64,000 nucleotides of DNA from an uncultured Eubacteriales bacterium (GTDB taxonomy: Bacteria; Bacillota; Clostridia; Christensenellales; CAG-138), in NCBI GenBank assembly GCA_902798825.1, contig CADBYI010000008.1, positions 207 to 64,206 of the forward strand. The letters run 5' to 3'. Numbering within the stretch: the first letter of the stretch is position 1; every line of letters starts with the position of its first letter. A program made the translations under genes and the position numbers. The notes below the pieces were generated by a model. That model was not told the DNA's origin and ran no database searches. It worked only from the letters and a program-made list of their open reading frames with translations. Below are positions 28,735 to 38,413 of the stretch, piece by piece.

Positions 28735-30317
28735 TTCTTTCCTCCCAATACGTTTCCGGCCTGCACGCCGGTGAGCTTGCCCTCCCTGAGGGCGATCCGT
28801 CCGTTGACGATCACATGGTCCATGCCCTCCGCCCGCTGATCCGGCCGATCATAGGTGGCCGTCACGTGGACGCGCTTCGGGTCGAACACCAGGATATCCG
28901 CGTCCGCACCCATGGTGATGCGGCCCTTGTTTTTGAGTCCATACCGGTCTGCGGGGCGCAGGGTCATCCGGTTCACCGCCTGGGCCAAGGTCAAATCGTG
29001 CCGCCGGTTCACATAGGTCTCGATGACCTGGCTGAAGGCGCCGTAGACCCGGGGATGGAGCTTCCCGCCGGTGGGGAAGGTGGCGTCGGAGATGGAATAG
29101 GCGAAGGGGCTTTGCAGAATGAGCCCGATGTCCTCCTCCGAGGTGATGAAGTCGATCATGGTGACCTCGCAATCGTTCCGCATCAACAGATCCATTGCGA
29201 AGGTGGCCGGATCAGCGTCCCCCGCAGCCTCGGCGATGGACTTGCCCACATAGACGGCGTCCTCGGGCCGCTTGAGGGCGGAGATGAAGATGTTCTCCCA
29301 GCCCACCAGATACACATAGTTGTCGAAATCCCGGCCCTTCTCCAGCCGATCCAGCAGCCGCTTCCTGGCGCTGCTGTCCCGAAGCCGCTCCGTGATGACG
29401 GCGGGGCCGCCCTGCAGAAACTCCGGGGGCAGGATATGGATGAGCTGGGTGCTGCCCGCCGTGTAGGCGTACACGTCGCAGGCCACGTCCACCCCCTCCT
29501 CCCTGGCGCGGGCGATCCGATCCAGGGCCTGGGGCGCCAGTTTGCCCCAGTTCTCCCGGCCGCTGGCCTTGAGATGGCTGATCTGCAGGGGCACGTGAAG
29601 GGCCTTGGCCACGGTGATCATCTCATCGATGGAGGGGAGCAGCTTCATGGCCTCCTCCCGCATGTGGACGGACAGGACAGTGTCCGTGTTTTGGATGGGC
29701 CGCAGGGCCCGGATCAGCTCCGACCTGGTGTAATAGCATTCCGGCGCGTACCCGAGACCCAGGGATACGCCCCCGGCCCCGTCCGCCAGCGCCTGCTCCA
29801 GCCGCTGGTGGATGGCGGCAAAGTCCTCGTCCGCCAGCCGGAGCTTTTGGAATCCGGCGACGCTGGCCCGGATGGTGCCGCTGCCCGCCAGCATCAGGGT
29901 GTTCACCGGCAGGGCCTGTTCCTTCAGAGCGCTCATGTAGGCGCCGAAGGTGTCCACGGGGATGCCCGTAAAGTCGCCGGTCACCGGCTTGAGATACCCG
30001 CCGATGGCCTCCCTGAAGGGCCCCGCCTGGGGCGCCAGGGACAATCCGCAGTTGCCGTTGCCGATGGTGGTGATGCCCTGGAACAGGTCGCAGTCCCCAT
30101 AGCCGGGGCGGAACAGGGCCGCGTCCGCATGGCGGTGCAGGTCCAAAAAGCCGGGACAGACGGTCTTCCCGCCGGCGTCCAGGGCCTCTATAGCCTCGGC
30201 CTCCGACAGGTCTCCCAGGGCTTCGATCTTCCTGCCCCGGACGCCCACGTCCAGCCGCCGAGCCTCGGCCCCGCTGCCGTCCAACACGTTTCCGTTTCGA
30301 ATGACGATGTCAAACAT
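28731..30317 (-). CDS. amidohydrolase, N-acyl-D-amino-acid deacylase (D-aminoacylase) family
   Basis: 528 aa. N-terminus MFDIVIRNGNVLDGSGAEARRLDVGVRGRKIEALG, followed by a CPGFLDLHRHAD metal-binding motif. Confidence 0.8.
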   Translation of the reverse strand: MFDIVIRNGNVLDGSGAEARRLDVGVRGRKIEALGDLSEAEAIEALDAGGKTVCPGFLDLHRHADAALFRPGYGDCDLFQGITTIGNGNCGLSLAPQAGPFREAIGGYLKPVTGDFTGIPVDTFGAYMSALKEQALPVNTLMLAGSGTIRASVAGFQKLRLADEDFAAIHQRLEQALADGAGGVSLGLGYAPECYYTRSELIRALRPIQNTDTVLSVHMREEAMKLLPSIDEMITVAKALHVPLQISHLKASGRENWGKLAPQALDRIARAREEGVDVACDVYAYTAGSTQLIHILPPEFLQGGPAVITERLRDSSARKRLLDRLEKGRDFDNYVYLVGWENIFISALKRPEDAVYVGKSIAEAAGDADPATFAMDLLMRNDCEVTMIDFITSEEDIGLILQSPFAYSISDATFPTGGKLHPRVYGAFSQVIETYVNRRHDLTLAQAVNRMTLRPADRYGLKNKGRITMGADADILVFDPKRVHVTATYDRPDQRAEGMDHVIVNGRIALREGKLTGVQAGNVLGGKK

Positions 30318-30455
30318 ACTTGCCTCTTTTTTCTGTTTCTGCCCGCAGTATACTCCCTTTCGCTGAGAGTTTCAATACGATAGAATCGGAGAGCCCGAGG
30401 GCTCTCCGATCGTTCATTTTGGATTGGGAAATGCCCTTTGGGTCACCCCTGAGGC

Positions 30456-31079
30456 TTACATCTCCTGGGCTTCCTTGGCGAGGACAGCCTTCTCCTCTTC
30501 GGGCGTCAGGTAGGCGGAGGGGGCGGGCTTGACGCCGCGGGCCCACTCGATCCAGTTGACCACGAAGAAGGTGACCACGGACACCAGGCAGCCGAACACC
30601 ACGGGCATCAGGATGACGCTGTTGCCGAAGGCATTCCAAAGCAGGAAGCCGGCGGTACCGGTGATGATGGAGAACAGGCCGGAGTTCTTGGTGGCCCGGG
30701 GCACCACAAGGCCCAGAGCGTAGGCCGCGAAGGGACCCGCGCAGCGGATGCCGAAGGCGAAGGTGTTCAGGGCGATGATGCTGCCGGCGATGCCGAGAAG
30801 CTGGATGGCCATGGCGATGAGGGCGCCGATGACATTGCAGAACCGGGTCCAGAAGATGATCTGACGCTCAGACAGCTCCTTCTTGCCGCCAAAGCCCTTG
30901 TACAGGTCGTTCATGATCATGGTGGACATGCACAGCAGGTTGGAGTCGGCAGAGGACATGGTGGCGCAGATGATGGCCGCGGACACCAAACCGGTGATGA
31001 AGCCGGGGGCATAGGCGCCGGTGACGGTCATCATGGAGTTGGCAGCGGTGACGCCGGGCAGCTGATCCTGTTTTTCACA
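30456..31079 (-). pseudogene. sodium:solute symporter family gene, 5'-truncated (C-terminal ~200 codons only)
   Basis: The reading frame has about 5 TM helices and an SSADS-type motif (CATMSSADSNLLC) typical of the SSS family. The frame is closed by a stop at about 31080 and abuts an AT-rich stretch, so no N-terminal half is present. Confidence 0.65.
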
Positions 31080-31121
31080 TTTTTACTCAAATATTTTTAG
31101 TTTTTTGAATATATATTTTGG

Positions 31122-31152
31122 AAAACGAAAAAGCGCCCCATAAACGGGGCGC
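31122..31152 (-). terminator. intrinsic terminator after the ABC exporter pair
   Basis: On the minus strand: ggcgcccc-gtttat-ggggcgc followed by TTTTTcgTTTT. Confidence 0.8.
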
Positions 31153-31170
31153 CGTTCCTTTGCCGTGTCT

Positions 31171-33063
31171 TCAGTTTGCCGTCTGCTTCAGCCGCTCCTT
31201 TTCGAACTGGAGGGTGTAGAGCTGGTAGTATTTGCCCCGCTTTTCCAGGAGCTCCCGGTGGTTGCCCTGCTCCACGATCTCGCCCTTGCTGAGCACCAGG
31301 ATGTTGTCCGCGTGCTGGATGGTGGAGAGCCGGTGGGCCACGATCAGCATGGTGCCGATGTTCATCATCTTCTCCAAGGAGTCCTGGATCAAAACCTCGG
31401 TCTCCGTGTCGATGTTGGCGGTGGCCTCGTCCAGGATCATGACCTCGGGCTTGTGGAGGATGGTCCGGGCGAAGCTCAGCAGCTGCCGCTGGCCGGCGGA
31501 GAAGTTGTTGCCCCGCTCCCGAACCGGCTCGTCCAGGCCCTTCTCCAGCCGGTCGATGAAGTGGTCCGCGTTCACGTACCGGCAGGCGGCCATGACCTCC
31601 CCGTCGTCCACCCCTTCCAGGCCCAGCAACAGGTTGGAGCGGATGGTGCCGGAGAAGAGAAACACGTCCTGGAGCATCTGGCCGAAGTGGCGGCGCAGGG
31701 AGGCGGTCTTGATCCGGCGGATGTCGATGCCGTCGATCAGGATCTCCCCCTTCTGGAACTCGAAGTTCCGGCAGATCAGGGAAAGGATGGTGGTCTTGCC
31801 GGAGCCGGTGGCGCCCACGAAGGCCACGGTGTCCTTGGGCTTCACGTGGAAGGAGACGCCCTTCAGGACCCACTCGCCGGGGATATAGCTGAACCAAACG
31901 TCCCGAAACTCGATCTCACCCCGGACGGTGTCCATCTCCATGGCGTCGGGGGCGTCCTGGAGCTTCGGCTCGATGTCCATGATGGTGAACACCTTCTCCG
32001 CGGAAGCGAAGGCGGACTGGAGCCAGTTGAACTGCTCGGCCAGGTTCTGGATGGGGGTGAAGAACTTGTTGATGTACATATAGAAACTGACGATGGTGCT
32101 GGCCTTCAGGGTCTGGCCCAGGAAGGAGGCCCCGTCCAGATATCCCTTGCCCCCCAGGTAGAAGAGGCAGAGCACGGAGCTGATATAGAGCATGTACACC
32201 AAGGGCCGGAAGATGCCGAAGACCAATATCTGGTCCCGCTTGGCCTTGCCCAGGCCCAGGCTCTTTTCGGTGAAGTCCCGAAGCTTTTCGTCCTCCCGGT
32301 TGAAAATCTGGGTGATCTTGATGCCGGACAGGTTCTCGGAAAGGTAGGTGTTGATGTCCGTGGTCCGATCCTTCACCCGGCGGTAGGCCCGGCGGGCGAA
32401 CTTGCGGAAGATCATGGTGAACAGGACGATGAAGGGCACGAAGCACAGGACCATGAGGGTCAGCTCATAGTTGAGGGCGATCATGGCCGCCAGCACGCCC
32501 ACGATGACGAACAGGTTCTTCACCAGGTTCACAAGCAGGCTCGTGAACATCAGCGAGATGGCGTTGGTGTCGTTGGTGACCCGGGTCACCAGCTTTCCCA
32601 CGGGGGTGGCGTTCATCTGCTCGTGGGACAGGCTCTCGATGTGGGTGAACAGATCCTCCCGCATGCCGGAGATGATCTTTTGCCCCACCCGCTGCAGCAC
32701 GATGGCCTGAACGTAGACGCAGACCATGGACACGATGAGGATGCCCGCATAGACGGCCACCAGGCGGTACAGCTCCGAAAGCTCAAAATCGTCCTTGATG
32801 AGGTCCGTCACCTTGCCCACGATGGTGGGGGAAAGGATGTCGTAGGCGATGCCCACCAGCATGATGCAGCCCACGAAAAGGAACTGGCCCCGGTAGGGCC
32901 TGGCGTAGACCAGGAGCCGGCGGACGATCTCCCCGTCCTTCATGTGCCGGTCGAAGCCCATGCTCTGCTTCTTGTCCTTGATGGAGGCGTAGGCCACGAT
33001 CAGAACGAGGGAGAAGAAGCCGATGATGCCGCCCGTCAGCAGCAGGGGATAGTATGCATGCAT
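31171..33063 (-). CDS. ABC exporter, fused permease/ATPase (type IV exporter half-transporter, subunit B)
   Basis: Six-TM exporter domain plus NBD (GATGSGKTT, FSAGQRQLLSFAR, ILDEATANID). ATG at 33063 has the strong RBS gaggaggtgagga, 14 nt after the upstream stop. Confidence 0.9.
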   Translation of the reverse strand: MHAYYPLLLTGGIIGFFSLVLIVAYASIKDKKQSMGFDRHMKDGEIVRRLLVYARPYRGQFLFVGCIMLVGIAYDILSPTIVGKVTDLIKDDFELSELYRLVAVYAGILIVSMVCVYVQAIVLQRVGQKIISGMREDLFTHIESLSHEQMNATPVGKLVTRVTNDTNAISLMFTSLLVNLVKNLFVIVGVLAAMIALNYELTLMVLCFVPFIVLFTMIFRKFARRAYRRVKDRTTDINTYLSENLSGIKITQIFNREDEKLRDFTEKSLGLGKAKRDQILVFGIFRPLVYMLYISSVLCLFYLGGKGYLDGASFLGQTLKASTIVSFYMYINKFFTPIQNLAEQFNWLQSAFASAEKVFTIMDIEPKLQDAPDAMEMDTVRGEIEFRDVWFSYIPGEWVLKGVSFHVKPKDTVAFVGATGSGKTTILSLICRNFEFQKGEILIDGIDIRRIKTASLRRHFGQMLQDVFLFSGTIRSNLLLGLEGVDDGEVMAACRYVNADHFIDRLEKGLDEPVRERGNNFSAGQRQLLSFARTILHKPEVMILDEATANIDTETEVLIQDSLEKMMNIGTMLIVAHRLSTIQHADNILVLSKGEIVEQGNHRELLEKRGKYYQLYTLQFEKERLKQTAN

Positions 33064-33076
33064 GGTCCTCACCTCC

Positions 33077-34849
33077 TCATTCCTTCGCTTCGTCTTCGAG
33101 CCGCTGAAGCTCCACCATCCGCCCATAGGCCGGGCAGGCGGCGAGCAGCTGCTCATGGCTGCCCACGGCGATGACCCGGCCGTCCTCCACGAAGACGATC
33201 TTGTCCAGGCTCTCGATGGTGCTGATCCGATGGGCGATCAATATGGTGGTCTTCCCCTGCCGGCTTTGCCGCAGGTTCTCCAAGATGACCTTCTCCGTGT
33301 CCGTGTCCACGGCGGAGACAGAGTCGTCCAGTATCAAAATGGGCGCGTTCTTCATGAGGGCCCGGGCGATGGAGATGCGCTGCTTCTGGCCGCCGGAGAC
33401 AGTGACGCCCCGCTCCCCCAGGATGGTCCCGTAGCCGTCCTTGAATTCGGCGATGTTGTCGTGGACGTCGGCCAGCCGGGCGGCATTCTCCACGTCCCCG
33501 TCGTTCAGTTCATCGAAGGCAAAGTTGATATTGTTGGCGATGGTGTCGGAAAACAGGAAGTTGTCCTGGGGCACATAGGCGCAGCCCGCCCGCAGGGAGC
33601 GGATGGTGACGGTGTTCACGTCCCGATCGTCCACGAACAATGTCCCGTCGGGCACGTTGTAGGTCCTGAGGATCAAATCCACGATGGTGGTCTTGCCGGA
33701 GCCGGTCTTGCCCACGATGCCCACGCTCTCCCCCGCCTCGATGGTGAAGGACACGTGCTCCAGGGCGTCGAACTCCCCGTCGGGATAGCGGAAGGTCAAA
33801 TCCCGAAACTCGATCCTGCCCTTCACGGTTTCCATGTCCACGGCGCCGGGCTTGTCCTGCACGTCGATCTTCGCCTCCAAAAGCTCCGATACCCGGTTCA
33901 TGGAGGCCTTGCCGCGGGCGGACTTTTCGATCAGCATGGCCACGGCCATGACCGGCCAGACCACGGAGGAGAAGTAGGCGATGTATTCCACCAGCTGCCC
34001 GGCGTCGAACCGGCCCCGATAGACCAGATACCCGCCGTAGCCCAGGATGACGCAGATGACCGTCTCCACCAGCAGCGTGATGAACACGTGGAGCATGGTG
34101 GAGGTCTTCACGTAGCTGATGTTGGTGTTCTCGTTGTCGATGTTCAGCTTTTGGAAGTCCTTGAGCTGCACCAGCTCCTTCACGAAGGCCTTCACCACCG
34201 CATAGCCCGAAAAGCTCTCCTGGGCGAAGTCGGAAAGGTTCGAAAAGGCCTGCTGCCGGACCTCCCACTTCTTCATCATGGTCTTGCCCATGAACACGCC
34301 GAGGAGCAGCAGCATGGTCAAGGGGATCAGCGTCAGCGAGGTCAGCACCAGATCCATCCGCACCATCTTCGAAAAGGCCAGGATGCCCAGGAACAGGGCG
34401 TCGAAGAACATGAGCAGCCCGTCCCCGAAGCACTCCTGGATGGTGTCCAGGTCGTTGGTGAAAAGGCTCATAAGGTTGCCCACCTTGTTCACCTGGTAGT
34501 ATTCCCGGCTCAGGTCCTTGCAGTGGTCGAACATCCGGATGCGGATGTCCGTCTCCACCCGGATGGCGGAGCCGAAGAAACACACCCGCCACAGGAACCG
34601 GCCGATGACCATGACGATGATGATGTACACGATGGGCAGACACAGATGGTCCAGCAGAAAGTCCATGTCAAAGGGCACCGTGACCCCCCGATACAGGACC
34701 TCCCCCGTGTTCAGCCCGTTGACCAGCATCCGGTAGAGCTCGGGCAAAATGAGCTGCACATAGTCCACCAGAATGAGGGCCACCGCCCCCAGCAGCAGCT
34801 GAGGCGCATATTTCAAATAGTACCGGTTGATGTGCTTGCCGAATATCAA
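33077..34849 (-). CDS. ABC exporter, fused permease/ATPase (half-transporter, subunit A)
   Basis: NBD motifs GKTGSGKTT, VSGGQKQRISIARA, ILDDSVSAVD. Start proposed at TTG 34849 (MIFGKHINRYYLKY, RBS ggaaagag), because a strong promoter lies inside the longer ORF. The alternative ATG is at 34933. Confidence 0.8.
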   Translation of the reverse strand: MIFGKHINRYYLKYAPQLLLGAVALILVDYVQLILPELYRMLVNGLNTGEVLYRGVTVPFDMDFLLDHLCLPIVYIIIVMVIGRFLWRVCFFGSAIRVETDIRIRMFDHCKDLSREYYQVNKVGNLMSLFTNDLDTIQECFGDGLLMFFDALFLGILAFSKMVRMDLVLTSLTLIPLTMLLLLGVFMGKTMMKKWEVRQQAFSNLSDFAQESFSGYAVVKAFVKELVQLKDFQKLNIDNENTNISYVKTSTMLHVFITLLVETVICVILGYGGYLVYRGRFDAGQLVEYIAYFSSVVWPVMAVAMLIEKSARGKASMNRVSELLEAKIDVQDKPGAVDMETVKGRIEFRDLTFRYPDGEFDALEHVSFTIEAGESVGIVGKTGSGKTTIVDLILRTYNVPDGTLFVDDRDVNTVTIRSLRAGCAYVPQDNFLFSDTIANNINFAFDELNDGDVENAARLADVHDNIAEFKDGYGTILGERGVTVSGGQKQRISIARALMKNAPILILDDSVSAVDTDTEKVILENLRQSRQGKTTILIAHRISTIESLDKIVFVEDGRVIAVGSHEQLLAACPAYGRMVELQRLEDEAKE

Positions 34850-34900
34850 GACTTGTCTCTTTCCGCCGGACCCCGCCCGGCCCTGGGTATGGTATTGCCT

Positions 34901-34928
34901 ATTATATAGGATGGCCTGCAAAATGCAA
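34901..34928 (-). promoter_or_regulatory. putative sigma-70 promoter of the ABC exporter operon
   Basis: On the minus strand: TTGCAT, 16-nt spacer, TATAAT. Confidence 0.55.
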
Positions 34929-34970
34929 GCCATCTTTGAAGAATACTGGGTTTTTCGGCAGATTTTGGCC

Positions 34971-35150
34971 CTATTTGTTGCCCTTGGCCCGATTGTGGGT
35001 TTTGCAGAGCATCTGGCAGTTGGCGGCGTCCGTGGCCCCGCCATGGCTCCATGCCGTCACATGGTCGGCGTCCATCTCGTTCATGCGGTAGATGCGCTTG
35101 GCGTTGTTGTCGTGGCCGATGGCGCAGAAGGGGCAGTTGGAAACGCCCTT
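34971..35150 (-). pseudogene. HNH endonuclease domain remnant (C-terminal ~58 codons)
   Basis: Minus-strand frame reads KGVSNCPFCAIGHDNNAKRIYRMNEMDADHVTAWSHGGATDAANCQMLCKTHNRAKGNK-stop. This is a classic CxxC...DH...N...C..HN HNH motif, cut off upstream by an in-frame stop at 35151-35153. It is too short to appear in the ORF track. Confidence 0.75.
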
Positions 35151-35200
35151 CTACATGCTCCTGGCCCATACTATTTACTAAGGGTAGCTGTACGCCCGAT

Positions 35201-36244
35201 TCAAGCAAACGGTTCTCTTTCAGGGGCGATATATATGATATCGCTGATGCCGCGCCCACCCGGACTGGACGGCACATTATACACTTCACCCTGCCAAACC
35301 ATGACGGCGGAATTCCCGCCGTCCAGGTTGAAAGCCGCGGCAAAGCCCATGTTCTCCGCAAATTTGGCCAGATCGCTGATGTCTAGCCCTCGTGAGTTGT
35401 GAATCTGCCGGCCATCGATAAGGCAGAGAGCATAGTGGCCTGGCTCATAGTATCCCAAGATACAGCGTGGATTGTTCTGATTGGCGCTTACTCCCAGATA
35501 CAGCCCTTTCTTTGCCTTCCCCGATTCGTCTAGCAGGCCTGGTCCGAAGTTGAACACCTGCCAAATGTCCTGAGAAAGAAGCGCTTCCACTGTATACTCA
35601 TCCTCCGTGAAGGTTCTCATAGATCCATCCCGATACAGAACGCAGATATTTCGTTTGGGCTTTTGCTGAAAGTAGGTAATACCATTTCGTATCACTATGC
35701 CATTGTTCACAGCGCAGTAATCGCCGGAGACCGCCAAAATGGCGCCATACTTTTGTGCCATATCTCCCACCTTAGCAGTTAAGGGAGAGGTAAAGTCCGG
35801 GCCAGCTGAACCTGTTTTGAGCAGCGTCACGTCCTGCAAATAGATATCCGCCACATGATAATCAATACTGCCCTTGTAGCTGGTTTTATCGGAAGCATGA
35901 TATACCCGAATGCACACATGTTCGCTGCTGTATTCATTATCCGTGATTCTTTCTCCCGTATACGAGAAGCCATCGAAGCGACCGCCCAGTAATCCCTCTG
36001 GCGTTGGTTCTATCGTAGGTTCCGGCGTGGGCGTGGGCTGATATGTACACGTTGGTCCTGGCGTAAGGGCCGAAATATATATGGTTTGCAGTGGTGCTGT
36101 GATGGCAGAGGGGGTGGTAGGCTGCAAAATCAGAGTAGCTGTCGCTTGTGCCTCTCGCGAAGCGGGAGAATATCGATCAAAGCAAGCCCAAAGCCATAGC
36201 AGAGAGCACAGGAGAAAGCCAAGCAACCATATATTTTTGCGCAT
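35201..36244 (-). CDS. phosphodiester glycosidase family lipoprotein (DUF2233/NAGPA-like)
   Basis: Start at MRKNIWLLGFLLCSLLWLWAC (lipobox). The C-terminal AAFNLDGGNSAVMVWQGEVYN motif is typical of the family. G+C is visibly lower than in the flanks. Confidence 0.75.
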   Translation of the reverse strand: MRKNIWLLGFLLCSLLWLWACFDRYSPASREAQATATLILQPTTPSAITAPLQTIYISALTPGPTCTYQPTPTPEPTIEPTPEGLLGGRFDGFSYTGERITDNEYSSEHVCIRVYHASDKTSYKGSIDYHVADIYLQDVTLLKTGSAGPDFTSPLTAKVGDMAQKYGAILAVSGDYCAVNNGIVIRNGITYFQQKPKRNICVLYRDGSMRTFTEDEYTVEALLSQDIWQVFNFGPGLLDESGKAKKGLYLGVSANQNNPRCILGYYEPGHYALCLIDGRQIHNSRGLDISDLAKFAENMGFAAAFNLDGGNSAVMVWQGEVYNVPSSPGGRGISDIIYIAPEREPFA

Positions 36245-36330
36245 GTATCGACTGCCTCCTCTGGTTTGTTTGGTATCCAGCCGCCGATTCATTCTTCCCA
36301 CCTCTTCTTTTGCTTTTCAGTCGACCACTG

Positions 36331-36355
36331 TCAATAAGCACACCTTTGATAACCG
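36331..36355. repeat. left arm of imperfect inverted repeat (IR-L)
   Basis: tcaataagcacacctttgataaccg versus the reverse complement of 36461-36486, tcataaggtacaccttttgataaacg. About 22 matched positions, 2-3 single-base indels, and a shared core ACACCTTT(T)GATAA. Confidence 0.6.
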
Positions 36356-36368
36356 TATCTGATTATTT

Positions 36369-36397
36369 ATTATACAAAGAAAAAGCATTTTAATCAA
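36369..36397 (-). promoter_or_regulatory. near-consensus sigma-70 promoter facing the glycosidase gene, located between IR-L and IR-R
   Basis: On the minus strand: TTGATT, 17-nt spacer (aaaatgctttttctttg), TATAAT. Confidence 0.6.
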
Positions 36398-36460
36398 CGC
36401 CAAAATGCCTTGATAAGCAAGCTAACAGGACTTCTGTTATCCTTAATGCCCAGAAAACGA

Positions 36461-36486
36461 CGTTTATCAAAAGGTGTACCTTATGA
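36461..36486. repeat. right arm of imperfect inverted repeat (IR-R)
   Basis: See IR-L. It lies 7 nt beyond the recombinase stop codon. Confidence 0.6.
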
Positions 36487-36492
36487 CAGCCG

Positions 36493-37125
<633 letters not shown>

Positions 37126-37134
37126 TTATACAAC

Positions 37135-37162
37135 GGGCGGCCGAAACGCCTTTCGACCGCCC
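37135..37162. other. 28-nt imperfect palindrome between the recombinase start and the iteron region
   Basis: gggcggccgaaa-cgcc-tttcgaccgccc (12-nt arms, one G:T position). Confidence 0.6.
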
Positions 37163-37214
37163 AACTGTCTTTTTGCATATTCATTCCGGCCATGGCGGGG
37201 TGAATACTCGCATA

Positions 37215-37287
37215 TCTATCCACACCGTCCACAAAGTTATCCACAGTCTCGGTGTTGAAATTGTTGCGATTTTGTGACTTATCCACC
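37215..37287 (-). repeat. cluster of same-orientation TGTGGATA(A/G) repeats (DnaA-box-like / iteron-like)
   Basis: Plus strand: tctatccaca (37215-37224), ttatccaca (37237-37245, a perfect DnaA-box consensus TTATCCACA), ttatccacc (37279-37287), plus cgtccaca between the first two. The first three are spaced about 10-11 bp apart. Confidence 0.6.
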
Positions 37288-37407
37288 GTATGAAGAGCCT
37301 GCATACCCAGGATCAAGCCCTTGCATACCCGCTCGCCGAGGCTGAATATCCCCCGTGTTTTTCCGCGGCATCCATACATCCTTCAATAATTAAAGGCGTA
37401 TCTGTCG

Positions 37408-37439
37408 AAAAAACGGCGCGTATATCCCCTTCATACGCC
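37408..37439 (-). terminator. intrinsic terminator ending the phage structural operon
   Basis: On the minus strand: gcgtat-gaaggggat-atacgc, then gccgTTTTTTcg, 15 nt after the stop of the 253-aa gene. Confidence 0.65.
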
Positions 37440-37453
37440 CTGTTTGGGGCCGG

Positions 37454-38215
37454 TCATTTCGCGGTCCGCTTCCGGAAGCTGTCCAGCTGGCTGGATGTAT
37501 ACGAGCCGTTCATCTGTCCCCGCAGCTTCACGTACTTGGGCAGATCGCTGGTGGTCACCCGCTTCACGGTCTCCCTGTCCCCGCCGGCGTAGAAAGCCGG
37601 GCCGTTGGGGTTCGCCTGAAGCTGGCCCCGGGCCGCGGCCACCGCCTGGGCCAGGGACGTCTTGGTGCTGGCTCCGTCGGTTTTCTCCTGCTTGGCCCCG
37701 CCGCCGCCCCTCGACCGCTTGGCCTCCTCGGCCGCCTTGGCTTCCAAATATGCGTCATACAGGGTCTTGGCGGCCGAAAACGCCTGCTCCAGCGACTCGC
37801 TTCGCTGCTGGGCGTTGAACTTTTCCGCCTCGAACTGTCGGCTCCGCTCCCCCTCCATGGCCTTGTACAGTTGATCGGCCAGCTCGGCGCCGTATTCGCT
37901 TTCCAGCTCCCGGGCGTCGTCCGCCGCGGCGTTGTCCTGCCGCCGCTTGACGTCGGTCACAAAGGTGCTGCTGCCCATGCCCCGGGAGATGGCGTCCGCG
38001 TCCAGCTCCGCGTCCTGCCGCCGATTGCCCCGGAAGATGGCGGAAATGGCCCTCTCGTATACGGGCCGCAGCACCGCGCTGATCCGCTCCGCCAACGTCT
38101 TTTCGTCCAGGGGCGTGTAGTTCACAAGCTGGGGGGCGTGCTCCCGCTTCGTCTTCTCGAAGATGGTCTCGAAGGCCTCGTTGCCATAGTAGTTCTGCTT
38201 TTCCTGCTCGGTCAT
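37454..38215 (-). CDS. phage structural-operon protein, function unknown (central coiled-coil-like, Gly-rich segment)
   Basis: 253 aa, last gene of the operon, with a helical acidic/Ala-rich middle region. In position and size it resembles a podoviral tail needle/plug, but no sequence motif was recognised. Confidence 0.6.
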   Translation of the reverse strand: MTEQEKQNYYGNEAFETIFEKTKREHAPQLVNYTPLDEKTLAERISAVLRPVYERAISAIFRGNRRQDAELDADAISRGMGSSTFVTDVKRRQDNAAADDARELESEYGAELADQLYKAMEGERSRQFEAEKFNAQQRSESLEQAFSAAKTLYDAYLEAKAAEEAKRSRGGGGAKQEKTDGASTKTSLAQAVAAARGQLQANPNGPAFYAGGDRETVKRVTTSDLPKYVKLRGQMNGSYTSSQLDSFRKRTAK

Positions 38216-38224
38216 GTTTCTCTC

Positions 38225-38413
38225 CTATTCTCCTCTCGCCGCCAGGGCCGCTTCCAGCTCCAGCAGCTTGTTGTACAGGATCGACAGATCCTGATTCAGG
38301 TTGTTCTCGTTCTGGGCGATGCGGCTGTTGACCGCCTCCAGATCCGCCTCGTGGTCTGCCCGCTCCAGATACACCGGGAAAAGGGCCATGAGCCCCGTCG
38401 CCTCATACTGCAT
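38225..38413 (-). CDS. small phage protein, coiled-coil-like
   Basis: 62 aa with RBS aaaggagaa. Its stop is 9 nt before the next start. Confidence 0.55.
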   Translation of the reverse strand: MQYEATGLMALFPVYLERADHEADLEAVNSRIAQNENNLNQDLSILYNKLLELEAALAARGE

